The position numbers and the translations under genes are program-made. DNA of 64,000 bases from Torpedo marmorata (lineage: Eukaryota): NCBI GenBank assembly GCA_977017645.1, contig OZ360227.1:101184001-101248000 (forward strand). Reading direction: 5' to 3'. Below, in pieces: positions 37,130 to 48,298 of this stretch; position 1 is the stretch's first letter, and each line of letters starts with the position of its first letter. Under the pieces are notes generated by a model, which was not told the DNA's origin, searched no databases, and worked only from the letters and a program-made list of their open reading frames with translations.

Positions 37130-39650
37130 CAAAGTTCAAAATTCAGATTTACTGTCATATTAAAAACATGACATCACAGACAACGCTGAGATTCTTTTTC
37201 CTGCAGGCCAGGCAGAGTTTCTACTTATGGGTAGCGCAAAAGACTGCACTCAAGAAAAGATATGTATACAAAAGAGAGAAATGTAAACAAACTGTGCAAT
37301 TCAGAAAATAAATATTCAATAATAAATAATGCGCAAAGTAAGAGTCCTTAAATGAGTTTCTGATTGAGTTTATTGTTGAGGAGTCTGATGGTGGAGGGGT
37401 AGCAACTGTTCCTGAACCTGGTGGTGGGAGTCTTGTCGCACCTATACCAGCAGCAAGAACAGAACAAGTCCTGGGTGGTGTGGATCCTTGATGATTGCTG
37501 GTGGTCTACGACGGCAACGTTCCATGTAAATTTTCTCGATGGTTGGGAGCGTTTTGCTTGTGACATACTGGGCTGTGTCCACTATCTTTTGCAGGGCTTT
37601 CCGGTCTGAGATATTGGTGTCCCCATACCAGGCTATGATGCAGGTGGTCACTACACTATCCACCACACCTCTGTAGAAGTTTGCGAAGGTTTTCGATGTC
37701 ATACCAAACCTCCGCAAACTCCTGAGGAAGTAGAGGTGCTGACGTGCTTTCTTCACGATGGACATTTGTGTGTTGGGTCCGGGAAAGAGTCCTCCAAGAT
37801 AGTGACTCCCAGGAATTTAAATTTGCTCACCCTCTCCACCTCTAATACTCCAATCATAACTGCATATTACACCTCTGTGTTTCCCTTCCTAAAGTCCACA
37901 ATCAGCTCCTTGGCCTTGCTGACATTAAGTGCGAGGTTGTTGTTAGTGCACCATTCAGCCAAGTTTTCAATCTCCCTCCTGTATGCTGACTCATCACCCC
38001 CTTTTATACAACCCACTAGCATGGTATTGTCAGCAAACGTATCTGGTGTTGTTGTCATACCGAGCAACACAGACATAGGTGTAAAGCGAGTAGAGAAGGG
38101 TTCTAAGAACACAACCCTGTGGTGCTCCGGTAATGATTGAGATTGTGGAGATGTTCTTACCAATCCTCACTGATTGTGGTCTGGAGGTGAGGAAATCCAG
38201 GATCCAATTACATAGTGGGGTACTGAGGCCCAGGTTTTGGAGTTTGCTGATCAGTTTTGAGGGGATGGTGGTGTTGAATGCCGAACTGTAGTCATTAAAG
38301 AGCATCCTGATGTATGCGTCTTTGCTGTCCAGGTGTTCCAGTGTTTTGTGTAGAGCCACTGAGATGGCATCTGCCATAGAACTGTTGCTGCAGTCAGACA
38401 AGAGCTGATATGCTTCAACATCAGCCTCTTAAAACCCTTCAACACAGTGGATGTGAGTGCTACTGGTCGATTGTCGTTTAAGCAGGTTACCACACTCTTA
38501 TATAAATTTTTAAAATTTAGACATACAGCACAGTAACAGGCCATTTCGGCCCACAAGTCCGTGCCGCCCACTTTACATCTACACCCCCGGTACATTTCAA
38601 ATGGTGGGAGGAAACCGGAGCCCCTGGGGAAAACCCACGCAGACACGGGGAGAACGTACAAACTCCTTACAGACAGCGCGGGATTCGAACCCCCGTCCTG
38701 ATCGCTGGTGCTGTAAAGGCATTGCGCTAACTGCTACGCCAATGCTGGGCACAGGTAGGATTGAGGCCTGTATGAAACAGGTATGTACCACACACTGCTG
38801 GAGTGAGATGTTGAAGATATCCATGAATATATTGGCAAGTTGGTCAGCACGGGTTTTCAATACTCGGCCGGGTACTCCGACCGGACCGGATGCTTTCCTT
38901 GGATTAGCTCTCCTGAAGGCAGCCCGCACGTCACCCTTGGATACTGACAGTAGAGGATCATGGGGGTGTGCAGTGGTTCTTCCTTGTTCTGGTGGTCAAA
39001 TCGGGCGTAGTAGGCATGGAGTTCATCTGGGAGTGAAGCTTTGCTGTCTCCCACTGCACCAGATTTGGTTTTGTAGCAGGTTATGTCATTTAGGTCCTGC
39101 CACAGCTGTCGGGTATACTTCGCTTTTTCCATCCTCGTCTGGAATCTCCACATCGCTCGGGAGATGGCTTTCCATAGGTTGTACCTGTCCCTTGTGTAGT
39201 ATTCTGGATCTCCAGACTTAAATGCCTGTGATCTGGCTCTCAGCAGGTTCTGGATTTCATTGTTCATCCAGGGCTTCTGGTTGGGGAAAACCCTGAATGA
39301 TTTGGTGGGAGCACACTTGTCCACAGCTGTTTTGATAAAGTCCATAGCAGCCTTGGTGTAATCATTCAGATCCTCAGCTGAGTTCTTGAACAGCACCAAA
39401 TTCACTGACTCGAGGCACTCCTGTAACCATTCTTCAGCCTCCCGCGACCACCTTCTGGCTGTCCTGATCTCTGGAGCCTCTCTTTTTAGGTTCTGTCTGT
39501 ATGACAGAGGAGAAGGAGCACAGCCAAGTGATCTGACTTGCCAAAATGCGGTCTCAGGAAAGAACGGTAGGCCTTCCTTATCTTGGTGTAGCAGTGATCA
39601 AGTGTGCTGGGTCCTCTGGTTCCACAGGTTACGTGCTGGTGAAAGACGAT
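37130..39650 (-). mobile_element. Rex1/Babar LINE (endonuclease end, RT, 3' end), frameshifted
   Basis: [61 protein letters not shown]. Confidence 0.92.
38503..38743 (-). mobile_element. tRNA-derived V-SINE (HE1-like) inserted in Rex1
   Basis: A-box TGGCGTAGCAGTTAG, B-box GGTTCGAATCC, V-domain GAGTTTGTACGTTCTCCCCGTGTCTGCGTGGGTTT..CTCCGGTTTCCTCCCA, CR1-like tail. Confidence 0.88.
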
Positions 39651-39746
39651 GAAGGAAGATAAGGTCCTCGGAGATGCTACTGAAGAAGTGAGGATGAGGA
39701 CTACTTTGCATCTTGAAACTGGTAGGCTGTGCACTGGTGGTGTTGG

Positions 39747-40641
39747 GTGAAACACAAAAGTCTACAGACGCTGTGATTATAGTAAAAACAGAAATGCTGA
39801 AGGAACTCAGCAGATCTCGCAGTGTCCATAGGTGGAAAAGATATATAACCGACATTTCGGGCCTGAGCCCTTCTTCAAATGTGGGTGCACACCTCCTCCC
39901 TCACCACCATTCAGGGCCCCAAACAGTCCTTCCAAGTGAAGCAACACTTGTGAATCTGCAGGGGTCATCTACTGCATCCAGTACTCCCGTTGTGGTCTCC
40001 TCTACATCAGAAAGACTGGACAAAGACTGGGAGATCGCTTCGTGGAGCACCTCAGTTCTGTCTGCTGCAATAGCAGGCATCTTTCAGTGGCCACCCATTT
40101 CAATTCCCCACCCCATTCCTTGCCGACATATCTGTCCATGCACTGCCAGACTGAGACAACAAATTGGAGGAATATCACCTCATATTCCGTCTACGCACCC
40201 TCCAACTGGATGGCATTAATATCGACTTTTCCGGTTTCCGTTAACCTGTCGTCCCCCCCCCCCTCATCTATCCCTATGTCTCCTTTCCTCTTACTCTGTC
40301 TCTCTCTCTCTCTCTTGCCTTTTCCCTCTGTCTCCTTTCCCCCAGCTCTGCATTCACAGAGCTAAACCCCCTCCCCCAATAAATTCTCACCTTTCCTTTC
40401 TCCTGTCCTCCTATCCACATCCAATTAACACCTTTTGTCTGTTGGTCTATACTCCTCCCCCTGCCCTTTCATTTAATTCTGGTGCCTGCCTGCTATTTAC
40501 TGAAACCTTGAAGAAGGGCTCAGGGCCAAAACATCGGTTGTATATCTTTACCTCCTATAGACGCTGCGCGACCTGCTGAGTTCCTCCAACATTTCTGTAT
40601 TTTTACCTATATCACAGCGTCTGCAGACTTTCATGTTTCAC
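39747..40641 (+). mobile_element. Truncated Penelope with inverted 5' terminal repeat
   Basis: 39747-39878 is an inverted copy of 40508-40641; the middle encodes a GIY-YIG fragment (GVIYCIQYSRCGLLYI). Confidence 0.85.
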
Positions 40642-43600
40642 TTGTCACAGAATGCCTCATCTCTTGATCTGCTCTGAAATCACAGAATTGATGTGACTTG
40701 AGCAATTGTTCTGAATAGTTGGATTACACAGTTGTATGAAGTAAAAGAAATAATACGGCAAGGTGGGTAAATGTGATTGGAAATAATTGCCACACTGAGA
40801 GGAAACAGTTCAGGTCCAGTTGTGTTGAATCTTCAATTTCCATGTTGCAACTTCTATATGTCTCTACATCTGTTTACTGGGACCAAACTCAGGACACCAG
40901 ATGAGCAAGGGCAGAATGAGCATCTTCAAGACCATCACCTGTGGCAAAATTCATGAAGCCAGCTCATTATATACCAGTCTTACCACGTCTGGTTCACAAA
41001 TGGCTGCCTTCCTCAGCCTACCCAGGTAGTAATCTAAAGAGCCACAGAGAGACTGCCAACTTGCTCAGGCTGCAGATCTGAACCAGAACAGCCCTAACCA
41101 AGAATAGAGTAATTCACCCCATGCAGTCGTGTGCAATTCACAGTGGCTCCAGGATAATACATTCTTCCTCTGTGCCACAGGGCAAAACGATCCTCTCATG
41201 TACAAAACCTTTCAGTGAAACATCTGTGGGGCATATGCCAGGGATGCATGGACTCTGTCTGGAGTATGGTAAATAGCAGGTCGTCTGGAGCTCAGAGCTG
41301 GCAATGACACAGATAGCCTCAAGAATGTCAGACGGATGACATAATAATTGCCTCCTACAATGGCACAATCCCATAATATCTCTTTCATGTCCATTTATCC
41401 CCACAGCTATCAAATCTTTATCAACATATCCTAATCCTCACTAAAGCTTCATTTCCAATATACCACATATCAATTTGTGAATACCACCCTCACAGAAGCA
41501 TCAGTATATCGAAGTGCCATCGAATCACTCTGAAAGCTTCGATGTCTATTCCCTTTGTGCTAAAAAACAACTTCATTGCAATGTGCAGAAGCTTTTATTC
41601 CACTTCTCCATGGCTAGATTTGCAACCAGTGTTTGTTGGAGGGAGGTTCCTTCATCTAAATATCCTGGAATAGTTCAATGTTTGTGGCAGCATGTTTCAT
41701 GCATCTCCTATTTTGGGGTTGCCACAAAAGCAGCGTTGATTACTTGTACAAAAGTACAATCCCCCACTACTGTCCTCACACTCACTTCCAAGAATGATAC
41801 TATTTTTTCTTGCAAACTGGTGACTGTATTTATTGTGTATCTGTCTTTTATATTTATTATCTCTTTCCGTGCAGTAATTTAATGTATACTATAGTAGTTG
41901 TTTAGCTTTACAAAGTACATATTCAGCTGCAGCAAGTAAGAATTTCAGTGCATATGTACTGTATAGTATATACGACAATAAACTCATTATCATGATCATA
42001 ATGTCTTCTGTCACTGAGTCTACTCAATGCTGGTCTCCCAGAATGGGACAAAGAGATATTTTGGCCCGTATGTGTTGGACAGGTAACTTTTGTCCTCTGT
42101 GCCCGTGTGAGTGATCTGTGACAGAGTGTACACTGGTTTAATGTTTCAGAAAAAGAAAGGATGTTGAAAATATGAAAAATGGGCATAGGATGAGTCATTG
42201 GTTGTGATGGAAAATGGTCTGATCATGATTTGGAAGCCTATTTTGCACTTCACCTGATTTCCTTCACCATTTCTAGATTTCCTTTCAGCACTGTTTGGGA
42301 TTGTTGACCAGTTTTGCTCACAATGAATATAATAATCCACTGATCCAAGAAGGCTTCCAGATCAATGTGTGGTAAGTTAGTAGTCCACACAATATCATGT
42401 ATTAAACATATAAACCTACCCATGGCTCCCCTAGAGTGAACTCTAGGTAGTAATCCAACTTTCATCAGATGTTTCAGACGAGGGTCCCTCAACCATCCTC
42501 TGATTCTGAGTGTCATGCACCAAGGACATGTACAGGGCAGAAAGGTTCCCCCAAAGAGGTAGAGATAAACAGCATATTTCTCTTCATGAGTTTATAAGGC
42601 AGCCTACTCTAGTTGCTTGTTTATTATGAGGTATCTTCTACAACCTATGCTTATACATCACCCTGGTCTTAATTTTCTTTTGGTAATTCCAATGCGATTT
42701 TAGAGGTGTAACAGTACAGTAAGCACAACAGCAGGAGACATAGCCTATCTTTTTGTTAATTGTGTACATTCATCACATATCTTGTATTCTCTAAATTGTT
42801 CTCACAACCCTTCTGGTAATGTAGAACTGCAAAAGTCAAGCTGGAAAATCCTTACATTAGAAATTATTATTGAGGATATTAGTGAACTGTGAAACTCAGA
42901 GCTTCTCAGTTCGTTTGATGGAGGTGTTGCTCCAATTTAAATGCAAAGACTAATTACAGTTTTAAAGAAGCAGACAATGAAAATTCATACAAACGTGTCC
43001 AACTTTCTTCTCCTTTTGCATTAGCAACAGCACCATGTGAACTCATCTCCAGAACTGATGCATTTCACTTACTGCTGCAGTAGCATGCGTTTGTCACTGG
43101 AGGGAGCCAGCCACAATTCACCCCCAACAATGTAACGAGGAACCGTTATTGAATGCTTCATAAAGGCATATTTTCACAAAATACCAGAACAATACTATTC
43201 TACACATTTCAGCAATGTCTGCATTTTTATCTGTAGCTACATTGGCTCTGGTTTATTCTCTATCAGATTGAAATAAGTTCTCCTTTCTTGCAACTTTGTC
43301 AGACAAAAGCAAAGAATTGCTGGAGGAACTCAGCAGCCTTGACAATATCCATGGCAGTAGAAGGTAGTCAGTCAATGTTTTGAGTCTGGACCAGTCATCA
43401 ACACTGTAAGGTAAGATTGTCAGGTAAGATCTTGGTTCGAAGAAATAGCACAGTCAAAACTCATTGGGGATTAACCTTTACCTTTAATAAATCTTCAACC
43501 CATTGTAAACGTAGAAATGGGGCATTGGGGACAGCACCCTTTATTATAGAGTCTGTAGCTTTAACTGGAGGGACATATACACCATTCCGTGTCCCAGGCA

Positions 43601-44147
43601 TTAGTGCTAGTTTGAGAAGTCTCAGTGCCACACAATGACTGCTCTATCCATGGAATTTCCTCTTCCGTCATAAGGAAATAGCTAAAGTCACACGCAACTA
43701 ATCTATTCTTAAGGCCATTCTGTTAACTAAAATGGCCATTTGATCTCATGCTGGTCTGTCTGTGGGGAATCATTTTCTGGTTACAGCTGCAATGTCCTGA
43801 GGCTGACAGCAAGGAAGATTCCTCGTGCTCCCTTGAGACACAAAAAGTGAACCAGAAAATCTGTAAAACATTTAAATTTACCAGTAATCGTGAAATGTCA
43901 TGTGAACTCAACACATTACCTCAGCTTTGCAAACTGATTGAACAAGTGCCTCCAGTTCATCGGATGGCATTAACATGGAGTTCTCCAGTTTCCGTTAAAC
44001 CAGACCCTCCCCCTTCTACTTCTCCCCATCGCCTTTCCCCAGCTCTGTCTTTCTCTCTCTCTCTCTCTCTTCCCTTTTCCCTCTGTCTCCTTTCACAGAG
44101 CTAAAATTAATTCTCACCTTTCCTCTTATCATATCCAATTAACATCT

Positions 44148-46906
44148 CTCTGAGACGGAGCGCTCGGTCCTCAGTAGCGGCCTTACCTTCGTCCCCCTCC
44201 GCAAACACCTCAACGAGTTCTGCGCACGCCGCGATGCCGAACTCTTCTTCCGTCGCCTCCACCTCAGGGCTCACTTCCATGACCGTGACTCTCCACCCCC
44301 CCACCCAAGACCCTTTCTCCCGCTTCAAGCCTTCTTCCTCTTCCTGGACACCTCGCCCTGGCCAGCTGCCCGCTCTAGACCTTTTTATTTCCAACTGCCG
44401 CCGAGACATCAACCATCTCAACTTCACCACCCCCATCTGGTATTCCAACCTCACCTCCTCAGAACGCTCTGCCCTCCACTCTCTCCGCAACAATTCCAAC
44501 CTCACCATCAAACCCGCAGACAAGGGCGGTGTGGTTGTGGTCTGGCGCACTGACCTCTACCTTGCCGAGGCCAGTCGACAGCTCTCAGACACCTCCTCCT
44601 ACCGACCCCTCCCACAGGACCCCACCACTGCACATCAAGTCACTGTCTCCAACACCATCTCCGACCTCATCACCTGCGATCACCTCCCCTCCACGGCCAC
44701 CAACCTCATTCTCTCCCACCCCCGCACTGCCCGTTTCTACCTTCTACCCAAGATACACAAACCCAACCATCCGGGCGGACCGTAAAACACAAAAATCTGT
44801 AGACACCATGGTTGAAGTAAAAAACACAAATGCTGGAGAAACTCAGCAGGTCAAACAGTGTATTTTATGTAGCAAAGGTAGAAATACATAACCGACATTT
44901 CGGGCTTGAGCCCTTCATCAAAGTATGAGAAAATGCCGGTAGGCGTCCGAACAAAAGAGTGAGGGGAGGAAGGGGGGGGGGGGTGGCAAAGGCAGGAGAT
45001 GATAGGTGGAGAAAGGAGGGAGGGGACAGCAGCAAAGAGGGGGAGGAGGAATGGCTGGGTGGGTATAAAAAAACAGGAAGGACAGGTGAGGGGGGAGAGA
45101 AAGGAAAAGACAAGCAGGTTTAGTGGAAAGCACAAAAGTCAATGTTAATGCCATCTGGCTGGAGAGTTCCCAGATGGAAAATGAGATGTTGTTCCTCCAA
45201 TTTGCAGGTAGTCTGGGTGGGATAGTACATAAGGCCATGGATAGACATGTGAGTGTGTGAGTGTGACTCGGAATTGAAATGGCTGGCTACTGGGAGGTCG
45301 CTGTTGTTGCGGACGGAGAGGAGGTGCTCAGCAAAGCGATCTCCCAATCTACGACCGGTCTCTCCAATGTAGAGAAAGCCACAAAGGGAGCACTAGATGC
45401 AGTAAATAAGTTCTCTGGATGTACAAGTGAAGTGTAGTTTCACTTGAAAGGCCTGTTTGGGGCCCCGGATCGTGGTGAGGGGGGAGGTGTGGGCGCAGGT
45501 GTTGCATCTCCTGTGGGCACAGGGGAAGGTGCCGGGGGTGCGATGGGTGGGGAGGGATGAGTGCACGAGGGATTCGCGGAGGGAGCGGTCCCTGCGGAAG
45601 GCCGAGAGGGGAGAAGAAGGAAAAATGTGTCTGGAGGTGGGATCCTGTAGTAAGTGCCAGAAATTCCGGCAGATAATGTGTTGGATGCGGAGGCTGGTGG
45701 GTTTATAGGTGAGGATGAGGGGGATTCTACGTTTGTTGCATCTGGGGGCAGAGGGGGCCAGGGCAGATGAGCGGGAAATGGAGGAGATGTGGGTGAGGGC
45801 TGAGTTGATGGTGGTGGAGGGGAAGCCACGTTTGTGGAAGAAGGCAGACATTTCAGAAGATCTGGACTGGAACACCTCATCTTGGGAACAGATGCGGCGG
45901 AGACGGAGAAATTGAGAGAAGGGGATGGAATCCTTGCAGGGGACGGGTGTGAGGAAGTGTAGTCCATATAGTTGTGGGAGTTGGAGGGTTTGTAGTAAAT
46001 GTCGGTGGAAAGCTTGTCTCCTGAGATGGAGACAGAGAGATCCAGGAAGGGGAGAGTGTTATCGGAGATGGACCAGGTGAGTTTGAGATCGTGGTGAAAG
46101 TTGGATGCGAAGTGGATGAAGTTGACCAGCTCATCGCGGGTACATGAGGCAGCCCCGATGTAGCGTCGATATAACGGAGGAAGAGATGAGGGGTCTTGCC
46201 TGTGTAGACTTGCAGCATGGATTGCTCCGCAAAGCCCACAAACAGGCAGGTGTAGCTGGGACCCATGCAGGTACCCATGGCTACTCCTTTGATTTGGAGG
46301 AAGTGGGATGAGTTGAAGGAGAAGTTATTGAGAGTGAGGACAAGTTCTGCCGGGCAGAGGAGGGTGGTGTTAGAGGTTGACTGGTCGGGTCTTTGGTCCA
46401 GGAAGAAGCGAAGTGCTTTCAGACCTTCTGTGTGGGGGATAGAGGTATAAAGGGATTGGACATCCATGGTGAAGATGATGCGGTCCGGTTCAGGGAATCT
46501 GAAGTCAAATTTGAGGAACAACATCTCATTTTACGTCTGGGCACTCTCCAGCCAGATGGCATTAACATTGACTTTTCTGCTTTCCACTAAACCTGCTTGT
46601 CTTTTCCTTCCCCTCCCCCCTCACCTATCCTTCCTGTTTTTTCCCTCCCACCCAGCCATTCCTCCTCCCCCTCTTTGCTGCTGTCCCCTCCCTCCTTTCT
46701 CCACCTATCATCCTGCCTTTGCCACCCCCACCCCCCTCCCCACCTTCCCTCCCTCACTCTTTTTTTCGGACGCCTGCTAGCCTGAAACGTCGGTTATGTA
46801 TTTCTACCTTTGCTGCATAAAAGACACTGTGTGACCTGCTGAGCTTCTCCAGCATTTGTGTTTTTTACTTCAACCACGGTGTCTACAGATTTTTGTGTTT
46901 TACTTT
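44148..46906. mobile_element. Penelope element with internal inversion
   Basis: Plus 44148-44782: ERSVLSSGLTFVP...IKPADKGG...FYLLPKIHK. Minus ~44784-46500: TMDVQSLYTSI, GVAMGTCMGPSY, RYID, GIY-YIG and terminal repeat. Plus ~46503-46906: second 3' end. Confidence 0.9.
44887..44927 (-). ncRNA. Minimal hammerhead-like motif in a Penelope repeat
   Basis: CATACT TTGATGA A GGGC TCAA GCCC GAAA TGTC GGTTATG on the minus strand. Confidence 0.6.
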
Positions 46907-47377
46907 TTAACATCTTTTGGCTGTTGCTCTGGACTCCTCCCCCTGCAATTTTTCAGTCTCTATTCAGATGCCTTCCTGTTTTTTTACTCATACCATGAAG
47001 AAGGGCTCAGGCCCGAAACGTTTGTAATATATCTTTACCTCCTATGGATGCTACGAGACCTGCTGAGTTCGTCCAGCATTTCTGTGTTTTGACTACAATC
47101 ACAGCGTCTGCAGACTTTCGTGTTTCACCAGATACATCATTGCAGCTCCTGTTGGAATCGGAGGGGAAGGACTCAGGCATGGAATTACCTGCCCTGACTT
47201 CAGATGATTTGCAGGAGGGAGTGCTGGAGCGAGGGTCTCAAACAAAATCAGTGAAGCACACCTCTCTGTGACCTAATGGATGCACCAATTAATGTACATT
47301 CACATCATCCTCTTTCTCTCTCACTGTCTATCTGCAGCTTTTTGCCAGCAGTGAGCTGGTAAATGTTGTCGTGGGTC

Positions 47378-48298
47378 CAGTGGCTGAAGCCTAGGGGCCC
47401 AGAGGTTAAGGGGGCCCGAGCTCTAGGCTTCAGCCTACTCAGTAAAGGGTAGCCTGGTCTTGGATTATGGTTTCACACTTACCGCGCAGGTGAAACCGGT
47501 GACTGAGTCTGTGGGCCAGAGTCGGTGCCACGCCATTGCTGGTGTGACGCGCGCGGTGGTTTCTGGGAGCTGACAGCGGCGGCATGAAGATTTGCGGTGT
47601 GTGCGAGGAGGGGGCTCCGAAATACCAGTGTCCAGCCTGTCACCTGCGGTAGGTAAGTGAACAACGGGAGGGGTGCGCGGCCGGCGGGGTCTGAGTGGGT
47701 GAGAGTGTGTGTGTAGAGTCACCGGGTTGCGAGCAGCGAGTGCAGTTTCTATTGGGGGCCGTGAATAGTGGGAACGGTAGGAGAAGCAATCACTTGTCGG
47801 AGTTGGAGCGGCTGGGGTTCTGTTTGGTGACCGGACGCTGACGGGGCCGCCGGGTGGCTACTGTGGCCAGTTGGATTTGTGACTCGCATTCACTGCCTCC
47901 AGATGTTTCTGCGAGAACAGAGCATTTATTTTTAAAGGATGATATTTGCAGTTGTGTGGCTAATGATGACCAGCTGCACAGATTTCCCCACAGACTTGGC
48001 TGCGGCATTTCCAAGATTGGGTAATACAGTACAGGGAAATCAGCATTTAACACGTTACATTCCTTCGTGTAAATTAATCCAATCTCTTCTTCTTCCCAAC
48101 CCAACCCCCCAACACCCGTCAAACCTAAGCACTCCTAAATGAGAGGCCAGTAGCGAGTGGCGCCCGGGTGGGTGGTGGCCAGGCCATCGCTGGGGAGCGA
48201 GGGGCGGCGGAGGTAGCCCGGGCCCGTGGCAGGGCAAGGTCAGGGGGGGCCTTCCTAAAGCTCAGCCTAGGGCCTGGGTGGTAGTTAATCCACTACTG
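47378..48298. mobile_element. Non-autonomous hAT-type DNA transposon with captured genic DNA (Pack-TIR)
   Basis: 8-bp TSD CGTGGGTC (47370-47377, 48299-48306); imperfect TIRs CAGTGGCTG / CCACTACTG; GC-rich subterminal palindromes; no transposase. Confidence 0.8.
47584..47658 (+). pseudogene. ZNHIT3: Captured ZNHIT3-like exon 1 (zf-HIT N-half) with splice donor
   Basis: ggcATG-KICGVCEEGAPKYQCPACHLR followed by TAG GTAAGT; CxxC...KYxCPxC is the zf-HIT signature. Confidence 0.7.

Larger units (their letters stand above)
43960..47130 (+). mobile_element. Older Penelope terminal repeat split by a younger Penelope (pieces 43960-44147 and 46907-47130)
   Basis: The joined flanks align with the intact repeat at ~40200-40641; TTAACATCT is duplicated at the junctions. 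Confidence 0.75.

Noticed and set aside
38670-38743. tRNA gene
   Set aside because: A/B boxes belong to the SINE head and run straight into the V-domain
38601-39221. 206-aa plus-strand ORF
   Set aside because: Antisense read-through of the SINE and Rex1 sequence
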